64,000 nt of DNA from Usitatibacteraceae bacterium (GCA_044220635.1 JBGAQP010000018.1:8867-72866), one strand, 5' to 3'; counted from the first letter of the stretch, positions 24,447 through 36,909 are shown. Notes: generated by a model not told the origin, from the letters alone. Made by a program: numbers and translations.

Positions 24447-25622
24447 ATGACGCGCAAATTGCAGCCCGACACCCTGGGTGTCCGAGCCGGGGGGGTGCGC
24501 AGCGATTTCCAGGAGCATTCCGAGGCGCTCGCGCTCACCACGAGCTTCGTCTACCGCAGCGCCGCGGAGGCCGCGCGCCGGTTCGCGAACGAGGAGCCGG
24601 GCAACATCTACTCGCGTTTCACCAATCCCACCGTCACGATGTTCCAGAGCCGGCTCGCGGCGCTGGAGGGGGCGCAGGCCTGCGTGGCGACGGCCACCGG
24701 CATGGCGGCGGTCGCGACGACCGCGCTCGGGCTCCTGAGGTCCGGCGAGCACATCGTCGCGGCGCGCGGCGTCTTCGGCACGGTCGTGCCGCTTTTCGAC
24801 CAGATCCTCGCGAAGTTCGGGATCGCCACCTCCTGGGTGGATCTGGGCGACCTCGACGCCTGGCGGCGCGCCGTGCGGCCCTCGACGCGGCTGCTGTTCA
24901 TCGAAACACCGTCCAACCCCGTGTGCGAAGTGGCCGACATCGCCGGGCTCGCGGCGATCGCGAAATCCGCGGGCGCGGTGCTCGCGGTGGACAACTGCAT
25001 GTGCTCGCCGGCGCTGCAGCGCCCCATCGAGTTCGGCGCCGACCTCGTGATCCACTCGGCGACCAAATACCTGGACGGGCAGGGCCGGGTGCTCGCGGGC
25101 GCGATCGCCGGGCGGGCCGACCTCGTCACCGGGCCCCTCTTCAGTTTCGTGCGCACGGCGGGGCCGGCGATCTCGCCCTTCAACGCCTGGATCTGCCTCA
25201 AGGGCATGGAGACGCTCCGGCTGCGGATGCAGGCGCAGTCGGCGAACGCGCTCGCCATCGCGAGCTGGCTCGAGTCGCACCCCGCGGTCGAGCGCGTCCA
25301 CTACCCCGGGCTCGCCTCCCACCCGCGGCACGCGCTCGCGATGCGCCAGCAATCGGCCGGCGGCGCGGTGCTCTCGTTCGTCGTGAAGGGCGGCCGCGAG
25401 GCCGCGTGGCGCGTCATCGACCAGACGCGGCTGGTGTCGATCACGGCGAACTTCGGCGACGTGAAGAGCACGATCTGCCATCCGGCCACGACGACGCACG
25501 GGCGCATCCCGCCCGCCGAGCGCGAGGCCTCCGGCATCGTCGAGGGGCTCCTGCGGCTCGCCGTGGGCCTCGAGTCCCCCGACGACGTCCGCGAAGACCT
25601 GGAACGCGGGCTCTCGGCCTAG
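24447..25622 (+). CDS. metZ: O-succinylhomoserine sulfhydrylase (Cys/Met-metabolism PLP enzyme)
   Basis: C-terminal 392 codons of ORF 23961..25622. From ATG 24447 it reads MTRKLQPDTLGVRAG..EALALTTSFVY..EPGNIYSRFTNPTV..HSATKYLDGQG. It shows the purF-metZ adjacency known from Pseudomonas. Confidence 0.9.
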   Translation: MTRKLQPDTLGVRAGGVRSDFQEHSEALALTTSFVYRSAAEAARRFANEEPGNIYSRFTNPTVTMFQSRLAALEGAQACVATATGMAAVATTALGLLRSGEHIVAARGVFGTVVPLFDQILAKFGIATSWVDLGDLDAWRRAVRPSTRLLFIETPSNPVCEVADIAGLAAIAKSAGAVLAVDNCMCSPALQRPIEFGADLVIHSATKYLDGQGRVLAGAIAGRADLVTGPLFSFVRTAGPAISPFNAWICLKGMETLRLRMQAQSANALAIASWLESHPAVERVHYPGLASHPRHALAMRQQSAGGAVLSFVVKGGREAAWRVIDQTRLVSITANFGDVKSTICHPATTTHGRIPPAEREASGIVEGLLRLAVGLESPDDVREDLERGLSA

Positions 25623-25682
25623 CGAACCGCAATCGGCCGCCGGTTCCCACGAGGGCCCGGTGAGCCCCGCAACGGGAGAACC

Positions 25683-26507
25683 ATGAAGAAGCGCAGCACC
25701 TTCCTGATGTGCCCCCCGGAGTACTTCGACGTCTCCTACATCATCAACCCCTGGATGCACGGCAATGTGCGCAAGATCGACAACGCGCTCGCCAAGCGCC
25801 AGTGGCGCACGCTCTACGACATCCTCTGCGACCGGGCGAGCGTGCGGCTCGTCCTTCCCCAGCCGGGCTCGCCGGACATGGTGTTCACGGCCAACGCGGG
25901 ACTCGTCGGGAAACGGCGCTTCCTCGTGTCGCGCTTCCGCTACCCGGAGCGGCAATACGAGGAACCGTACTTCGCCGAATGGTTCGCGGACCGCGGCTAC
26001 GAGGTCGCGCTCATGCCCCGCGAGGTCCCGTTCGAGGGCGCGGGCGACGCGCTCTTCGACCGCGGGGCGAAGCGGCTCTGGCTCGCCCACGGCCACCGCT
26101 CGATCCTCGCCGCCCGCGAGGTGATCGGCCCTCATTTCGCGGCCGAGATCGTCGCGCTGCGCCTCGTCGACCAGCGCTTCTACCACCTCGACACCTGCTT
26201 CTGCCCGCTCGAGGGCGGGACCCTCGTCTACTACCCGCAGGCCTTCGACCGCGAGTCGCAGGCGGCGATCGAGCGTCTCGTCCCGGCGGGGCGGCGCATC
26301 GCGATCGGCGAGGAGGACGCGCTCGCCTTCGCCTGCAACGCGGTGAACATCGGCACCACGCTCGTGGTGAACCGCGCCAGCGCGGCGCTCGTCGACGCCC
26401 TGGGCCGAAAGGGCTTCGACGTGGTGCAGACGCCGCTCTCCGAGTTCATGAAGGCGGGGGGTTCCGCCAAGTGCCTGACGCTGCGCCTCGACGAGGCGGC
26501 CGTCTGA
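25683..26507 (+). CDS. Guanidino-group-modifying enzyme superfamily protein (amidinotransferase / DDAH-like)
   Basis: ORF 25683..26507, with SD GGGAGA upstream. Reads MCPPEYFDVSYIINPWM.., HLDTCFCPL, and a C-terminal catalytic-Cys motif GGSAKCLTLRL. Confidence 0.75.
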   Translation: MKKRSTFLMCPPEYFDVSYIINPWMHGNVRKIDNALAKRQWRTLYDILCDRASVRLVLPQPGSPDMVFTANAGLVGKRRFLVSRFRYPERQYEEPYFAEWFADRGYEVALMPREVPFEGAGDALFDRGAKRLWLAHGHRSILAAREVIGPHFAAEIVALRLVDQRFYHLDTCFCPLEGGTLVYYPQAFDRESQAAIERLVPAGRRIAIGEEDALAFACNAVNIGTTLVVNRASAALVDALGRKGFDVVQTPLSEFMKAGGSAKCLTLRLDEAAV

Positions 26508-26516
26508 GGGCCGCGC

Positions 26517-27239
26517 TCAGGCGAGCGTGACCGCGCGCAGGGCGTCGGGCGTGGCCTCGAGGTAGCCGCCGGTGCCGTACCAGTCGGGCAGCACCCAGCG
26601 CTCGCAGTCGCGCGTGCCCACGCGGTGCGCATGGCGCCCGGGCCGGTGGGTGTGGCCGTGGATCATGAGCTCCGCGCCCGACTCGGCGAACGCCCGCTCG
26701 ACGGCGGCGGGGGCGACGTCCATGATCTCCACCGCCTTGCCGGCTTTCGCCGATTCGCTGCCCGCGCGCATCTCGCGGGCGAGCGCGAGGCGCTCCTCGA
26801 GGGGACGCGCGAGGAGCGTGCGCTGCCATCGCGGATCGCGGACCTGCGCGCGGAACGCCTGGTACTCGCGATCGTCGGTGCACAGCGTGTCGCCGTGCAG
26901 CAGCAGCGTGCGCCGCCCGTACAGGTCGATCGCGGCCGGGTCTTCGAGGAGCGCGAGTCCCGTGGCGCGCGCGAAGCGCCCCCCGGCGAGAAAATCGCGG
27001 TTGCCGTGCATGAAGAAGCCGGGCACGGACGCGGTCGCGCGCGCGAACGCGGTCGCGATGCGCGCGGGCAGCGGCAGCGCCAACGCCTCGTCGCCGACCC
27101 AGTACTCGAAGAGGTCGCCGAGCACGTAGAGGGCGTCGGCCCCCGGCACCACCTCGCCGAGGAAGCGCTCGAGCCGCCCGTTGGCATCCTCCCGGGATGC
27201 GTCGAGGTGCAGGTCGGAGACGAAGAGGGTGCGCCGCAC
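26517..27239 (-). CDS. lpxH: UDP-2,3-diacylglucosamine diphosphatase
   Basis: ORF 26517..27239 with a GTG start. It has the calcineurin-like motifs FVSDLHL, GDLFEYWVGDE and MHGNRDF. Confidence 0.93.
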   Translation of the reverse strand: MRRTLFVSDLHLDASREDANGRLERFLGEVVPGADALYVLGDLFEYWVGDEALALPLPARIATAFARATASVPGFFMHGNRDFLAGGRFARATGLALLEDPAAIDLYGRRTLLLHGDTLCTDDREYQAFRAQVRDPRWQRTLLARPLEERLALAREMRAGSESAKAGKAVEIMDVAPAAVERAFAESGAELMIHGHTHRPGRHAHRVGTRDCERWVLPDWYGTGGYLEATPDALRAVTLA

Positions 27240-27240
27240 G

Positions 27241-27268
27241 GAAGAAGAAGGGCGGCCCGCGGCCGCCC
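27241..27268 (-). terminator. Hairpin plus T-rich tract between ppiA and lpxH (terminator/attenuator)
   Basis: Stem GGGCGGCC / GGCCGCCC (27250-27268). On the reverse strand it is followed by TTCTTCTTC. Confidence 0.45.
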
Positions 27269-27296
27269 TCCGGTGGGCCTCAGGCGCCGCGGCGCC

Positions 27297-27914
27297 TCAG
27301 AGGCACTCCGCCTTCTCGATCACGACGGGCTCGAGGGGCACGTTCTGGTGCATGCCCGAATTGCCCGTGGCGACCTTGCGGATCTTGTCGACGACCTCGG
27401 TGCCCTCGACCACCTTTCCGAACACGGCGTAGCCCCAGCCCTGCGGGCTCTCGTCGCGGTAGTTGAGGAAGTCGTTCGCCTTCACGTTGATGAAGAACTG
27501 GGCGGTGGCCGAGTCGCGCACGCCGGTGCGCGCCATCGCGAGCGTGTAGACCTCGTTCTTCAGGCCGTTGGTCGACTCGTTCTTGATGGGCGCGGCCGTG
27601 GGCTTCTGCTTCATGTCCTTCGTGAAGCCGCCCCCCTGGACCATGAAGCCGTCGATCACGCGGTGGAAGATGGTGCCGTCGTAGTGGCCGTCCTGGACGT
27701 ACTTCACGAAGTTCGCGGTGGAGACGGGAGCCTTCTCCTTCTCGAGCTGGACGGTGATCGCGCCCATCGACGTGGTGAGCCTGACTTTCATTGCGCTGTT
27801 TCCTTTCAGCAGGGCGGCGCAGCCGGCGGGCTGGGCCTGGGCAAAGGCCGCGGGCGCGAGGCCCGTGGCGGCGACGAAGACGGCGGCGAGAAGCAAGCGA
27901 CGTGCGGGGGGCAT
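27297..27914 (-). CDS. ppiA: Periplasmic cyclophilin-type peptidyl-prolyl cis-trans isomerase
   Basis: C-terminal 205 aa of ORF 27297..28499. From ATG 27914 it reads [25 protein letters not shown] (signal peptide), then ..[15 protein letters not shown]... Confidence 0.9.
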   Translation of the reverse strand: MPPARRLLLAAVFVAATGLAPAAFAQAQPAGCAALLKGNSAMKVRLTTSMGAITVQLEKEKAPVSTANFVKYVQDGHYDGTIFHRVIDGFMVQGGGFTKDMKQKPTAAPIKNESTNGLKNEVYTLAMARTGVRDSATAQFFINVKANDFLNYRDESPQGWGYAVFGKVVEGTEVVDKIRKVATGNSGMHQNVPLEPVVIEKAECL

Positions 27915-27943
27915 GTTTCGACCTCGGGGTTGGAAGGCGGGGG

Positions 27944-29164
27944 CTACGAGACGACGGATTCGTGCACGATGCGCCAGGCCCGGCCCTCGCGGACCCAGTA
28001 CTGGCGCTTGAGCGTCCGGTTGGAGAGGTTGTTCGAGCGGTAGTCCTGCTCGAAGGTGACCACCATCATCGCGCTCTCGCCCGGGTAGGCGAAGAGGCTC
28101 AGCTGCGAGACGCCGACCTTCACCCAGGACTTGGCGGCGTTCACCTTGCGCTTGTGGGCGCTCCACGCCGCGAGGTCGCCGCTCTCGGAGCGGAAGCGCC
28201 CGGAGTAGTGCGCGAGGTAGCGCCCCGTGTCGAGGCTCTCCCAGTCGGCCTTCCAGCCCTCGAAGGCGGCGAGGAAGGCCTCGCGATCCGCGCCCCAGCT
28301 CTCGGGCGAGCGCCACGCGACGTCGTTGCCGATCACCACGGGCGTGCGCCGGATGTGGACGTACTTCGCGAGGCGCTCGAGGTCGTCGTTGGCGAGCGCC
28401 ACGCAGCCGTCGGTCGCGAAGGGCGGGCGGCTGTAGGTCTCCGAGGGCATGCCGTGCAGCCAGATGCCGTGGCCGTTGCGCCCGAGGCGCCGGTCCCATT
28501 CGTTCGGGTAGCTGATCGGGAAGGCGCCGGGCCCGTAGAGGTCGGGCAGCTTGTCCTTCGAGGAGATGATCGTGTAGACGCCGATGGGCGTCTTCTGGTC
28601 GCCCTCGCGCTGCTTCTCGATGCCGTTCTTGCCGAGGCTGATGTAGAAATCGGTGACGTAGCGCGGCTTCCCGCCGTCGTTGGCGAACACGTAGAGCCGC
28701 GAACGCGAGGTGTCCACGACGATCGCATGGGGCTGGTTGGGGGCGAGCTGCAGGAGCGGGGCGGGCAGGTGGTCGGGGGGCGGCGCCTCGAAGTAGCGCT
28801 TGATGCGCACGCGCGCCTCGTCCTGCAGGGGGGCGGCGCTCGCCGCGACGCGCGTCGAGCCGAAGGCGACGGGGTTGCCCGCGCGGGCCATGAGGAGGTC
28901 GCCCTTGATCAGGTGGCCGAGGCGGAAGTTCGGCGAGCGCGCGAGCGCGTCGTCGATCTCGCCGAGGGCCTGGCGCAGGCCGTTCTCGCGCAGGCCCATG
29001 ATCGCGCGCACGAGCGAGCCCTCGACCTCGTTGGCGAACACGGGCAGCCCCCCGTCGCCCGCGCCGTCTCCCGAGGCGATCGAGGCGGGCGTGGCGGCGA
29101 GGCCGAGGGCGGCGAGCGCGCGCGCGGCGGCCCGGGTGGCGCGGGATCCGGCTCGCGCGCTCAC
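27944..29164 (-). CDS. L,D-transpeptidase (YkuD) family protein with a C-terminal NTF2/SnoaL-like module
   Basis: ORF 27944..29194. The YkuD catalytic region reads HGIWLHG...[10 protein letters not shown] choose GTG 29164, which overlaps the upstream TGA stop (GTGA). Confidence 0.85.
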   Translation of the reverse strand: MSARAGSRATRAAARALAALGLAATPASIASGDGAGDGGLPVFANEVEGSLVRAIMGLRENGLRQALGEIDDALARSPNFRLGHLIKGDLLMARAGNPVAFGSTRVAASAAPLQDEARVRIKRYFEAPPPDHLPAPLLQLAPNQPHAIVVDTSRSRLYVFANDGGKPRYVTDFYISLGKNGIEKQREGDQKTPIGVYTIISSKDKLPDLYGPGAFPISYPNEWDRRLGRNGHGIWLHGMPSETYSRPPFATDGCVALANDDLERLAKYVHIRRTPVVIGNDVAWRSPESWGADREAFLAAFEGWKADWESLDTGRYLAHYSGRFRSESGDLAAWSAHKRKVNAAKSWVKVGVSQLSLFAYPGESAMMVVTFEQDYRSNNLSNRTLKRQYWVREGRAWRIVHESVVS

Positions 29165-30192
29165 CCGCCGACGCGCTCCTGCTTGATGAGCCATCGCTCG
29201 CCCACCTTCACGAGCTTCAGCGTCTTCGTGTTGTGGCTCTTCAGCGCGTCGGAACGGTAGCTCTGGCGGAACACCGCGGTCGCCTCCGCCCCGGCGACCT
29301 CGATCGACTGCATCTTCACGGAGACCTGGATCGTCTTCGGCGCTTCGATGCGCTCGCGGCGCTGCTTCTCCCAGGCCGCACGGCCGCCGGGCGCGTCGAA
29401 GTCGGGGGCGTAGGCGGCCAGGTAGGTGTCCACGTCCTTCGCGCTCCAGGCCTTCGCCCAGGCCGCCACGGCCGCGGCGACCTCGGCCTTGCCCGGATCG
29501 GCGACGGGTTTCGCCGCCTCGGCCTTCGCGGGCTCAGCCTTCGCGACCGCCACTTTTGCCGGCTCCGCCTTGGGCGCCTCCGGTTTCGGCGCCTCGGCCT
29601 TCGGCGGCTCGGCCTTCGGCGCGGGCTTCGCAGGCTCGGGACGCGCGCCCGGCGCCGCCTTCTGGGCGACGAACAGGTCCTTCACCATCGAGAGCTTCAC
29701 CTGCGCCGTGGTGTTGTTCTTGTCGAGCTGCAGCGCCCGGTCGTAGGCCCGGCTCGCGAGCTGCGCGTAGATGTCGCCGAGGTTCTCGTGGGCGGTCGCG
29801 TAGCTCGGGTGGGTGTGGATCGCGAGCTCGAGCGCCGACTTCGCCTTGTCGTAGTTGCCCTGCGAGGCGTAGAGGACGGCGAGGTTGTTGTAGGGTTCGG
29901 GAAGCTCGGGATAGTCCTCGGTGAGCCCCGTGAAGACCTGGATCGCGTCGGCCGTGCGCTTCTGCTCGGTGTAGATGAGGCCGCGAAGGAAGCGGCCCTG
30001 CGGATCGCGGGGCTGGGCCTTGAGGAATCCGTCGACCTTCTCGAGCGCGGGCTGGAGCTTGCCTTGCCCGTAGAGCTTCTGCGCCTCGCGAAGATCGTCC
30101 GCCGGCGCGGCCCACGCCGCCGAGGCCGCGAGAACCAGCGCCGCGGCAGCGGCGCGCACCAGACGGGAGCGCATCGGGATGCGTTGCAACAT
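29161..30192 (-). CDS. Exported TPR-repeat protein with Pro/Ala/Lys linker and C-terminal NTF2/SnoaL-like module
   Basis: ORF 29161..30228. From ATG 30192 it reads [28 protein letters not shown] (signal peptide). TPR helices follow ([38 protein letters not shown]), then [21 protein letters not shown] repeats. Confidence 0.8.
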   Translation of the reverse strand: MLQRIPMRSRLVRAAAAALVLAASAAWAAPADDLREAQKLYGQGKLQPALEKVDGFLKAQPRDPQGRFLRGLIYTEQKRTADAIQVFTGLTEDYPELPEPYNNLAVLYASQGNYDKAKSALELAIHTHPSYATAHENLGDIYAQLASRAYDRALQLDKNNTTAQVKLSMVKDLFVAQKAAPGARPEPAKPAPKAEPPKAEAPKPEAPKAEPAKVAVAKAEPAKAEAAKPVADPGKAEVAAAVAAWAKAWSAKDVDTYLAAYAPDFDAPGGRAAWEKQRRERIEAPKTIQVSVKMQSIEVAGAEATAVFRQSYRSDALKSHNTKTLKLVKVGERWLIKQERVGG

Positions 30193-30440
30193 CGTGTTAT
30201 AATTAGTTGAATTTAATGGAAAACACATTCTACCAACGTTGCCCGGGCTTCACAATGAGCGTGCCTTCCGGCCCCGCGGATCGGACTGAACGAAAGCCGC
30301 CCTTCTGGCGCTCGACCAGCGCTTGGGCAAGGGCGTTCGGCTGTCGTTCCTTGCACGCCGTTTGATTCCGCCGGCGCCCGCGCGCCGGATCCCGTACCCC
30401 GATCCCGCGGGGCCACGCCGGCCCCGATCCCACCCTCGCC

Positions 30441-31808
30441 ATGCTCACGATCTACAACACGCTCACGCGCCGCAAGGAGCCCTTCCGTCCGCGCGAGGCC
30501 GGCAAGGCGGGCCTCTACCTGTGCGGCGTCACCGTATACGACTATTTCCACGTGGGCAACGCGCGCACGATGGCGGTGTTCGACCTCGTGGTGCGGTGGC
30601 TGCGCGCCACCGGTTACGCGGTCACGTTCGTGCGCAACATCACCGACGTCGACGACAAGATCATCGAGCGCGCGCGCGCCAACGGCGAGCCCATCGAGGC
30701 GCTCACCGGCCGCATGATCGCGGCGATGCACGAGGATCTCGCGCGCCTCGGCCTCGAGCCGCCCGACCGCGAGCCACGCGCGACGCAACACATCGAGGCG
30801 ATGCTCTCGCTCATCGCCGCGCTCGAGTCGAAGGGCCTCGCGTACCGCGCGCCCAACGGTGACGTGTACTACTCCGTGCGCGACTTCCCGGGCTACGGCA
30901 AGCTCTCGGGCAAGACGCTCGACAGCCTCCGGGCCGGAGAGCGCGTGGCCGTGGACACCGCCAAGCGAGATCCCCTCGACTTCGTCCTGTGGAAGGCGGC
31001 GAAGCCCGGCGAGCCCTCCTGGCCCTCGGCCTTCGGGCCCGGTCGCCCCGGATGGCACATCGAGTGCTCGGCGATGTCGAGCGCGGAGCTCGGCGTGCCC
31101 TTCGACCTGCACGGCGGGGGCTGGGACCTGCAGTTCCCGCACCACGAGAACGAGATCGCGCAAAGCGAGGGGGCGCTCGGCCGCCCGTTCGTCAACTGCT
31201 GGATGCACGCCGCCTTCCTCAACATGGGCGAGGAGAAGATGTCGAAGTCGCTCGGCAACTTCTTCACCGCCCGCGAGATCCTCGACCGCCTCGATCCCTT
31301 GCAGGGCGGCGAGCAGCTGCGCTACTTCCTCGTGCGCGGGCACTACCGCGGGGAGATCCAGTACACCTGGGAGACGCTGCAGGACGCGGCGCACGCGCTC
31401 CGGGGCCTCTACACGGCGCTGCGCGAGGTGGCGCCCGAGCCGGTGGCGATCGACTGGTCGGAGAGCTGGGCGGCGCGCTTTCGCGCCGCGATGGACGACG
31501 ATTTCGACACCCCGGTCGCCTTCGCCGTGCTCCACGAGCTGCGCGCCGAGGTGAACCGCTCGCGCTCGGGCCGCCTCGCCGGGTTGCTCCGGGCGCTCGC
31601 CGGCACCCTCGGGTTCCTCCAGCGCGATCCCGAGGCCTTCCTGAAGGGCGGCGTCACCGTCGACGTCGAGGGGCTGATCGCCGAGCGCGCCGCGGCCAAG
31701 AAGGCGCGCGACTTCGCGCGGGCCGACGCGATCCGCCGCTCGCTCGAGGAGGCGGGCATCGTCCTCGAGGACCGCGCCGGGGGCGTGACGCAGTGGCGCA
31801 GGAAGTGA
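30441..31808 (+). CDS. cysS: Cysteine--tRNA ligase
   Basis: ORF 30441..31808. Reads [18 protein letters not shown] (HIGH-type motif) and EKMSKSLGN (KMSKS). Confidence 0.96.
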   Translation: MLTIYNTLTRRKEPFRPREAGKAGLYLCGVTVYDYFHVGNARTMAVFDLVVRWLRATGYAVTFVRNITDVDDKIIERARANGEPIEALTGRMIAAMHEDLARLGLEPPDREPRATQHIEAMLSLIAALESKGLAYRAPNGDVYYSVRDFPGYGKLSGKTLDSLRAGERVAVDTAKRDPLDFVLWKAAKPGEPSWPSAFGPGRPGWHIECSAMSSAELGVPFDLHGGGWDLQFPHHENEIAQSEGALGRPFVNCWMHAAFLNMGEEKMSKSLGNFFTAREILDRLDPLQGGEQLRYFLVRGHYRGEIQYTWETLQDAAHALRGLYTALREVAPEPVAIDWSESWAARFRAAMDDDFDTPVAFAVLHELRAEVNRSRSGRLAGLLRALAGTLGFLQRDPEAFLKGGVTVDVEGLIAERAAAKKARDFARADAIRRSLEEAGIVLEDRAGGVTQWRRK

Positions 31809-31811
31809 AAA

Positions 31812-31838
31812 GGCCCGGCGCCGGCCGGGCCTCGTTTC
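31812..31838. terminator. Bidirectional terminator between the convergent cysS and substrate-binding-protein genes
   Basis: GGCCCGGC-gccg-GCCGGGCC is flanked by AAAA on the left and TCGTTTC on the right. Confidence 0.6.
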
Positions 31839-31854
31839 GCGAGCGCCGGCGCGA

Positions 31855-32973
31855 TCAGCGCACGAACTTCTGGTCGCGCGAGATGATCGTGAGGTCCACC
31901 CACTTCGAGCCGTTGTGGCTCTCGGGTGTGAACTCCACCCTGAATCCGCCCGTGTCGTAGGGGTTCATGGTCTCCATCGCCTTGATGAAGCCCTCGCGCG
32001 TGAGGCCGCGGCCCGCGCGGCGCAGCCCCTCGACCATCACCTTCGCGGCGACGTAGCCCTCGAGGGTGCCCCAGCCGACCTCGACCTTCGCGGGGCCGGC
32101 GAGCTTCTGGAACTCCTTGACCACCGGGATCGAGCTGTCCCAGGGGAAGGGCATCACCTGGGAGATCTGGACGCCGCGGCCCTCGCGGTCGAGCTCCTTG
32201 GCGAGCGCCTTGCTGCCCACGAAGGAGACGTTCCAGAACGTCGGGTTCGCACCCGCCTTCTTCATCTCCCGGATGAAGGCCGCGCAGGACGTGTAGGCGC
32301 TGATCATCACCACCGCCTGCGGGTTCGCCTTCCGGATGTCCGCCACCGACTTCGCGACGTCCACGGTGTTGCGCTCCACGGTGCCCTTCACGATGACCTC
32401 GAGGTTGCGCTTCTTCAGCGCGCGCTCCACGCCCGCGAGCCCCGCCTGGCCGTAGGCGTCGTTCTGGTAGAAGACCGCGATGCGGTTGATGCTCATCGCC
32501 GTGAGGTGCTGCACGATCGCCTCGGTCTCGTCGAAGTAGCTCGCCCGGACGTTGAAGATGTAGCGGTTGAAGGGATTGCGCAGCAGTTCCGCCCCCGTGA
32601 ACGGGCCCACGAAGGGAACCTTCGCCTCGGTGAAGATCGGCAGCGAGGCCGCCGAGGTCGGCGTGCCGACGTAGCCGAAGAGGGCGAAGACCTTCTCCTC
32701 GTTGATGAGCTTCTTCGTGTTCTCGGCCGCGCGCGCGGACTCGTAGCCGTCGTCGAGGGTCTTCAGCGCGATCTTGCGGCCGTTCACGCCGCCGCGCTCG
32801 TTGACCAGGTTGAAATAGAGGCTGGCCCCCTGCTGCATGTCGAGGCCGAGCTGCTTGGCGGGGCCGGTGAGGGCGACCGACTGGCCCAGGACGATGGCGG
32901 TGTCGGTGACGCCCTGGGCGGCGGCGAGTCCCGAGGCGGCGAGCGCGACCATGGCGATCAGGCGGCGGATCAT
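31855..32973 (-). CDS. Orphan ABC-transporter periplasmic substrate-binding protein (branched-chain amino acid / LivK-like family)
   Basis: ORF 31855..32973, with a strong SD (GGAGGA). It has a signal peptide MIRRLIAMVALAASGLAAAQG and a type-I periplasmic binding fold pattern (VLGQSVALTGPAKQLG..GGVNGRKI). No permease or ATPase genes are adjacent. Confidence 0.85.
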   Translation of the reverse strand: MIRRLIAMVALAASGLAAAQGVTDTAIVLGQSVALTGPAKQLGLDMQQGASLYFNLVNERGGVNGRKIALKTLDDGYESARAAENTKKLINEEKVFALFGYVGTPTSAASLPIFTEAKVPFVGPFTGAELLRNPFNRYIFNVRASYFDETEAIVQHLTAMSINRIAVFYQNDAYGQAGLAGVERALKKRNLEVIVKGTVERNTVDVAKSVADIRKANPQAVVMISAYTSCAAFIREMKKAGANPTFWNVSFVGSKALAKELDREGRGVQISQVMPFPWDSSIPVVKEFQKLAGPAKVEVGWGTLEGYVAAKVMVEGLRRAGRGLTREGFIKAMETMNPYDTGGFRVEFTPESHNGSKWVDLTIISRDQKFVR

Positions 32974-33069
32974 GGGTTCCTCCGGTTTCTGGGGCGGCTC
33001 TTGCGGCCGATGGGTCGCGGCATCATAAACCGGCGCGCCGCCCGGACCAAGGACGGCGTGTTACATCTG

Positions 33070-34200
33070 TCACCCCGCGAAGAACTCGCGCACCTTCTCC
33101 ATGAAGGACCGGGCCCGCGGGTTGTGGCGGTCGCGGTCCTTGCGGTTGATCTCCTCGAGCTCGCGCAGCAGCTCCTTCTGCCGCTCGGTGAGGCGCACCG
33201 GCGTCTCGATGACGACCTGGCAGAGCAGGTCGCCGGGGTAGCTCGAGCGCACGCCCTTGATGCCCTTGCCGCGCAGCCGGAACACCTGGCCCGTCTGGGT
33301 CTCGGCGGGGATCTTGATCTTGGCCTGCCCCTCGAGGGTGGGGATCTCGATCTCGCCGCCGAGGGCGGCGACGGTGAAGCTCACCGGCATCTCGCAATGC
33401 AGGTCGTCGCCCTCGCGGTGGAACACGCCGTGCTCGCGCAGGTGGATCACGACGTAGAGGTCGCCGGGCGGCCCGCCGTTCATGCCCGCCTCGCCTTCGC
33501 CGGCGAGCCGGATGCGGTCGCCCTCGTCCACGCCCGCCGGGATCTTCACCGCGAGCGTCTTGTGGTGCTTCACGCGCCCGGCGCCCTTGCAGGTGCCGCA
33601 CGGATCGGGGATGACCTTCCCGGTGCCGTGGCAGGTCGGGCAGGTCTGCTGGATCGAGAAGAAGCCCTGCGACAGGCGCACCGAGCCCGAGCCGCCGCAG
33701 GTGGCGCAGGTCTTGGGCTGGGTGCCGGGCTTCGCGCCGCTGCCATGGCAGGTGGCGCATTCCTCCATCGCGGGAATGCGGATCTTGGTCTCGGTGCCGC
33801 GCGCGGCCTGGTAGCGCAGGATCTCGAGGTTGTAGCGCAGGTCCGCCCCGCGGAAGACCGAGGTGCGCCCGCGGGCGCCGCCGCCGCCGAAGATGTCGCT
33901 GAAGATGTCGCCGAAGGCCTCGGCGAAGCCGCCGAAACCCGCCGCCTCGGGCCCCATGCCGCCCATCTGCGGGTTCACGCCCGCGTGCCCGTAGGCGTCG
34001 TAGGCGCGGCGCTTCTCGGGCTCCGAGAGCACCTCGTAGGCCTCCTTGGCCTCCTTGAACCTTTCCTCGGCGTCCTTGCCCTCGGGATTGCGGTCCGGGT
34101 GGTGCTTCATGGCGAGCTTGCGGTACGCCTTCTTGATCTCCTCGTCGGAGGCGTCCCGGTTCACGCCGAGCACTTCGTAGTAGTCGCGCTTTTTCGCCAT
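33070..34200 (-). CDS. dnaJ: Molecular chaperone DnaJ
   Basis: ORF 33070..34200. It has a J-domain ([17 protein letters not shown]), a G/F region and four CxxCxGxG repeats ([32 protein letters not shown]). Confidence 0.97.
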   Translation of the reverse strand: MAKKRDYYEVLGVNRDASDEEIKKAYRKLAMKHHPDRNPEGKDAEERFKEAKEAYEVLSEPEKRRAYDAYGHAGVNPQMGGMGPEAAGFGGFAEAFGDIFSDIFGGGGARGRTSVFRGADLRYNLEILRYQAARGTETKIRIPAMEECATCHGSGAKPGTQPKTCATCGGSGSVRLSQGFFSIQQTCPTCHGTGKVIPDPCGTCKGAGRVKHHKTLAVKIPAGVDEGDRIRLAGEGEAGMNGGPPGDLYVVIHLREHGVFHREGDDLHCEMPVSFTVAALGGEIEIPTLEGQAKIKIPAETQTGQVFRLRGKGIKGVRSSYPGDLLCQVVIETPVRLTERQKELLRELEEINRKDRDRHNPRARSFMEKVREFFAG

Positions 34201-34219
34201 CGCCTTTCCTGGTGCCTAC

Positions 34220-34252
34220 GCCGAAAGGGGTCCCGCCGCCTGGCGGGACCCC
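34220..34252 (-). terminator. Hairpin plus short T-tract between dnaK and dnaJ (attenuator-type terminator)
   Basis: An 11-bp stem GGGGTCCCGCC / GGCGGGACCCC (34227-34252) is followed on the reverse strand by TTTCGG. Confidence 0.55.
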
Positions 34253-34277
34253 GGCTCGTCCTTCGCGGCCGGCCGCC

Positions 34278-36215
<1,938 letters not shown>

Positions 36216-36280
36216 GTTCGGGTCCTTCTATCCGGTGGATTGCGTTCTCGTACGGAAGTTGGGGCTGTCCGGTCCGGCTT

Positions 36281-36847
36281 TCAAGGCGCGGGCGCCTGGG
36301 GCTGGGGCGCGCGCGCCTTCGCGACGGTCACGAGGGCGGGGCGCAGGACCCGGTCGTGGAGGAGGTAGCCCTTCTGGAGGACCTCGACGACGGTGTTGGG
36401 CTCCTGGTCGCTCTCGACCTGCGTGAGCGCCTCGTGGAAATGGGGGTCGAAGCGCTCGCCGGCAGGGGCGATCGGCCGGATGGCGAAGCGCTCCAGGACG
36501 GCGTCGAGCTGCCGGGCGGTGACGGCCACGCCCTCGCGCATCGACTCGACGCCGGGATCGGCGCCGCCGAGGGCGGCTTCCAGGCTGTCGCGCACGGCGA
36601 GGAGCGCTGCCGCCATCGACTCGACGCCGAAGCGGTGGGCCTTGGCGACCTCGTCCTGGGATCGGCGGCGCACGTTCTCCGTCTCGGCCTTGGCCCGCAG
36701 CCATTCCTCGCGAAGCCGCCCCGACTCCGCCAGGGCTTCCGCGAGCTTCGCCTCGAATTCTCCCAGCCGATCCCCGGGAGCCGGGGTCGGCGCGGAACTC
36801 GGGTCGGGCAACGGCGCCTCGGCCGCGCTCGGGTTCGGGTCTCCCAC
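36281..36847 (-). CDS. grpE: Nucleotide exchange factor GrpE
   Basis: ORF 36281..36883. Reads ..[16 protein letters not shown]... GTG 36847 is preferred because AAGGAGA lies 6 nt upstream. Confidence 0.92.
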   Translation of the reverse strand: MGDPNPSAAEAPLPDPSSAPTPAPGDRLGEFEAKLAEALAESGRLREEWLRAKAETENVRRRSQDEVAKAHRFGVESMAAALLAVRDSLEAALGGADPGVESMREGVAVTARQLDAVLERFAIRPIAPAGERFDPHFHEALTQVESDQEPNTVVEVLQKGYLLHDRVLRPALVTVAKARAPQPQAPAP

Positions 36848-36881
36848 GGGAAATCTCCTTCTAAACAAATATTTGCCGATC

Positions 36882-36909
36882 ACATGGGGACATTCCCGGG
36901 CATTTCAAG
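36882..36909 (-). promoter_or_regulatory. Sigma32 (RpoH) heat-shock promoter of grpE
   Basis: The reverse strand reads CTTGAAATGCCCGGGAATGTCCCCATGT. That is CTTGAA, 14 nt, CCCCATGT, against the E. coli consensus CTTGAAA-N13/14-CCCCATNT. It lies about 35 nt upstream of the grpE GTG. Confidence 0.6.

Noticed and set aside
27297-28499. 400-aa version of the cyclophilin ORF
   Set aside because: The upstream 195 codons overlap the L,D-transpeptidase gene in another frame. A signal peptide and the cyclophilin domain start at ATG 27914.
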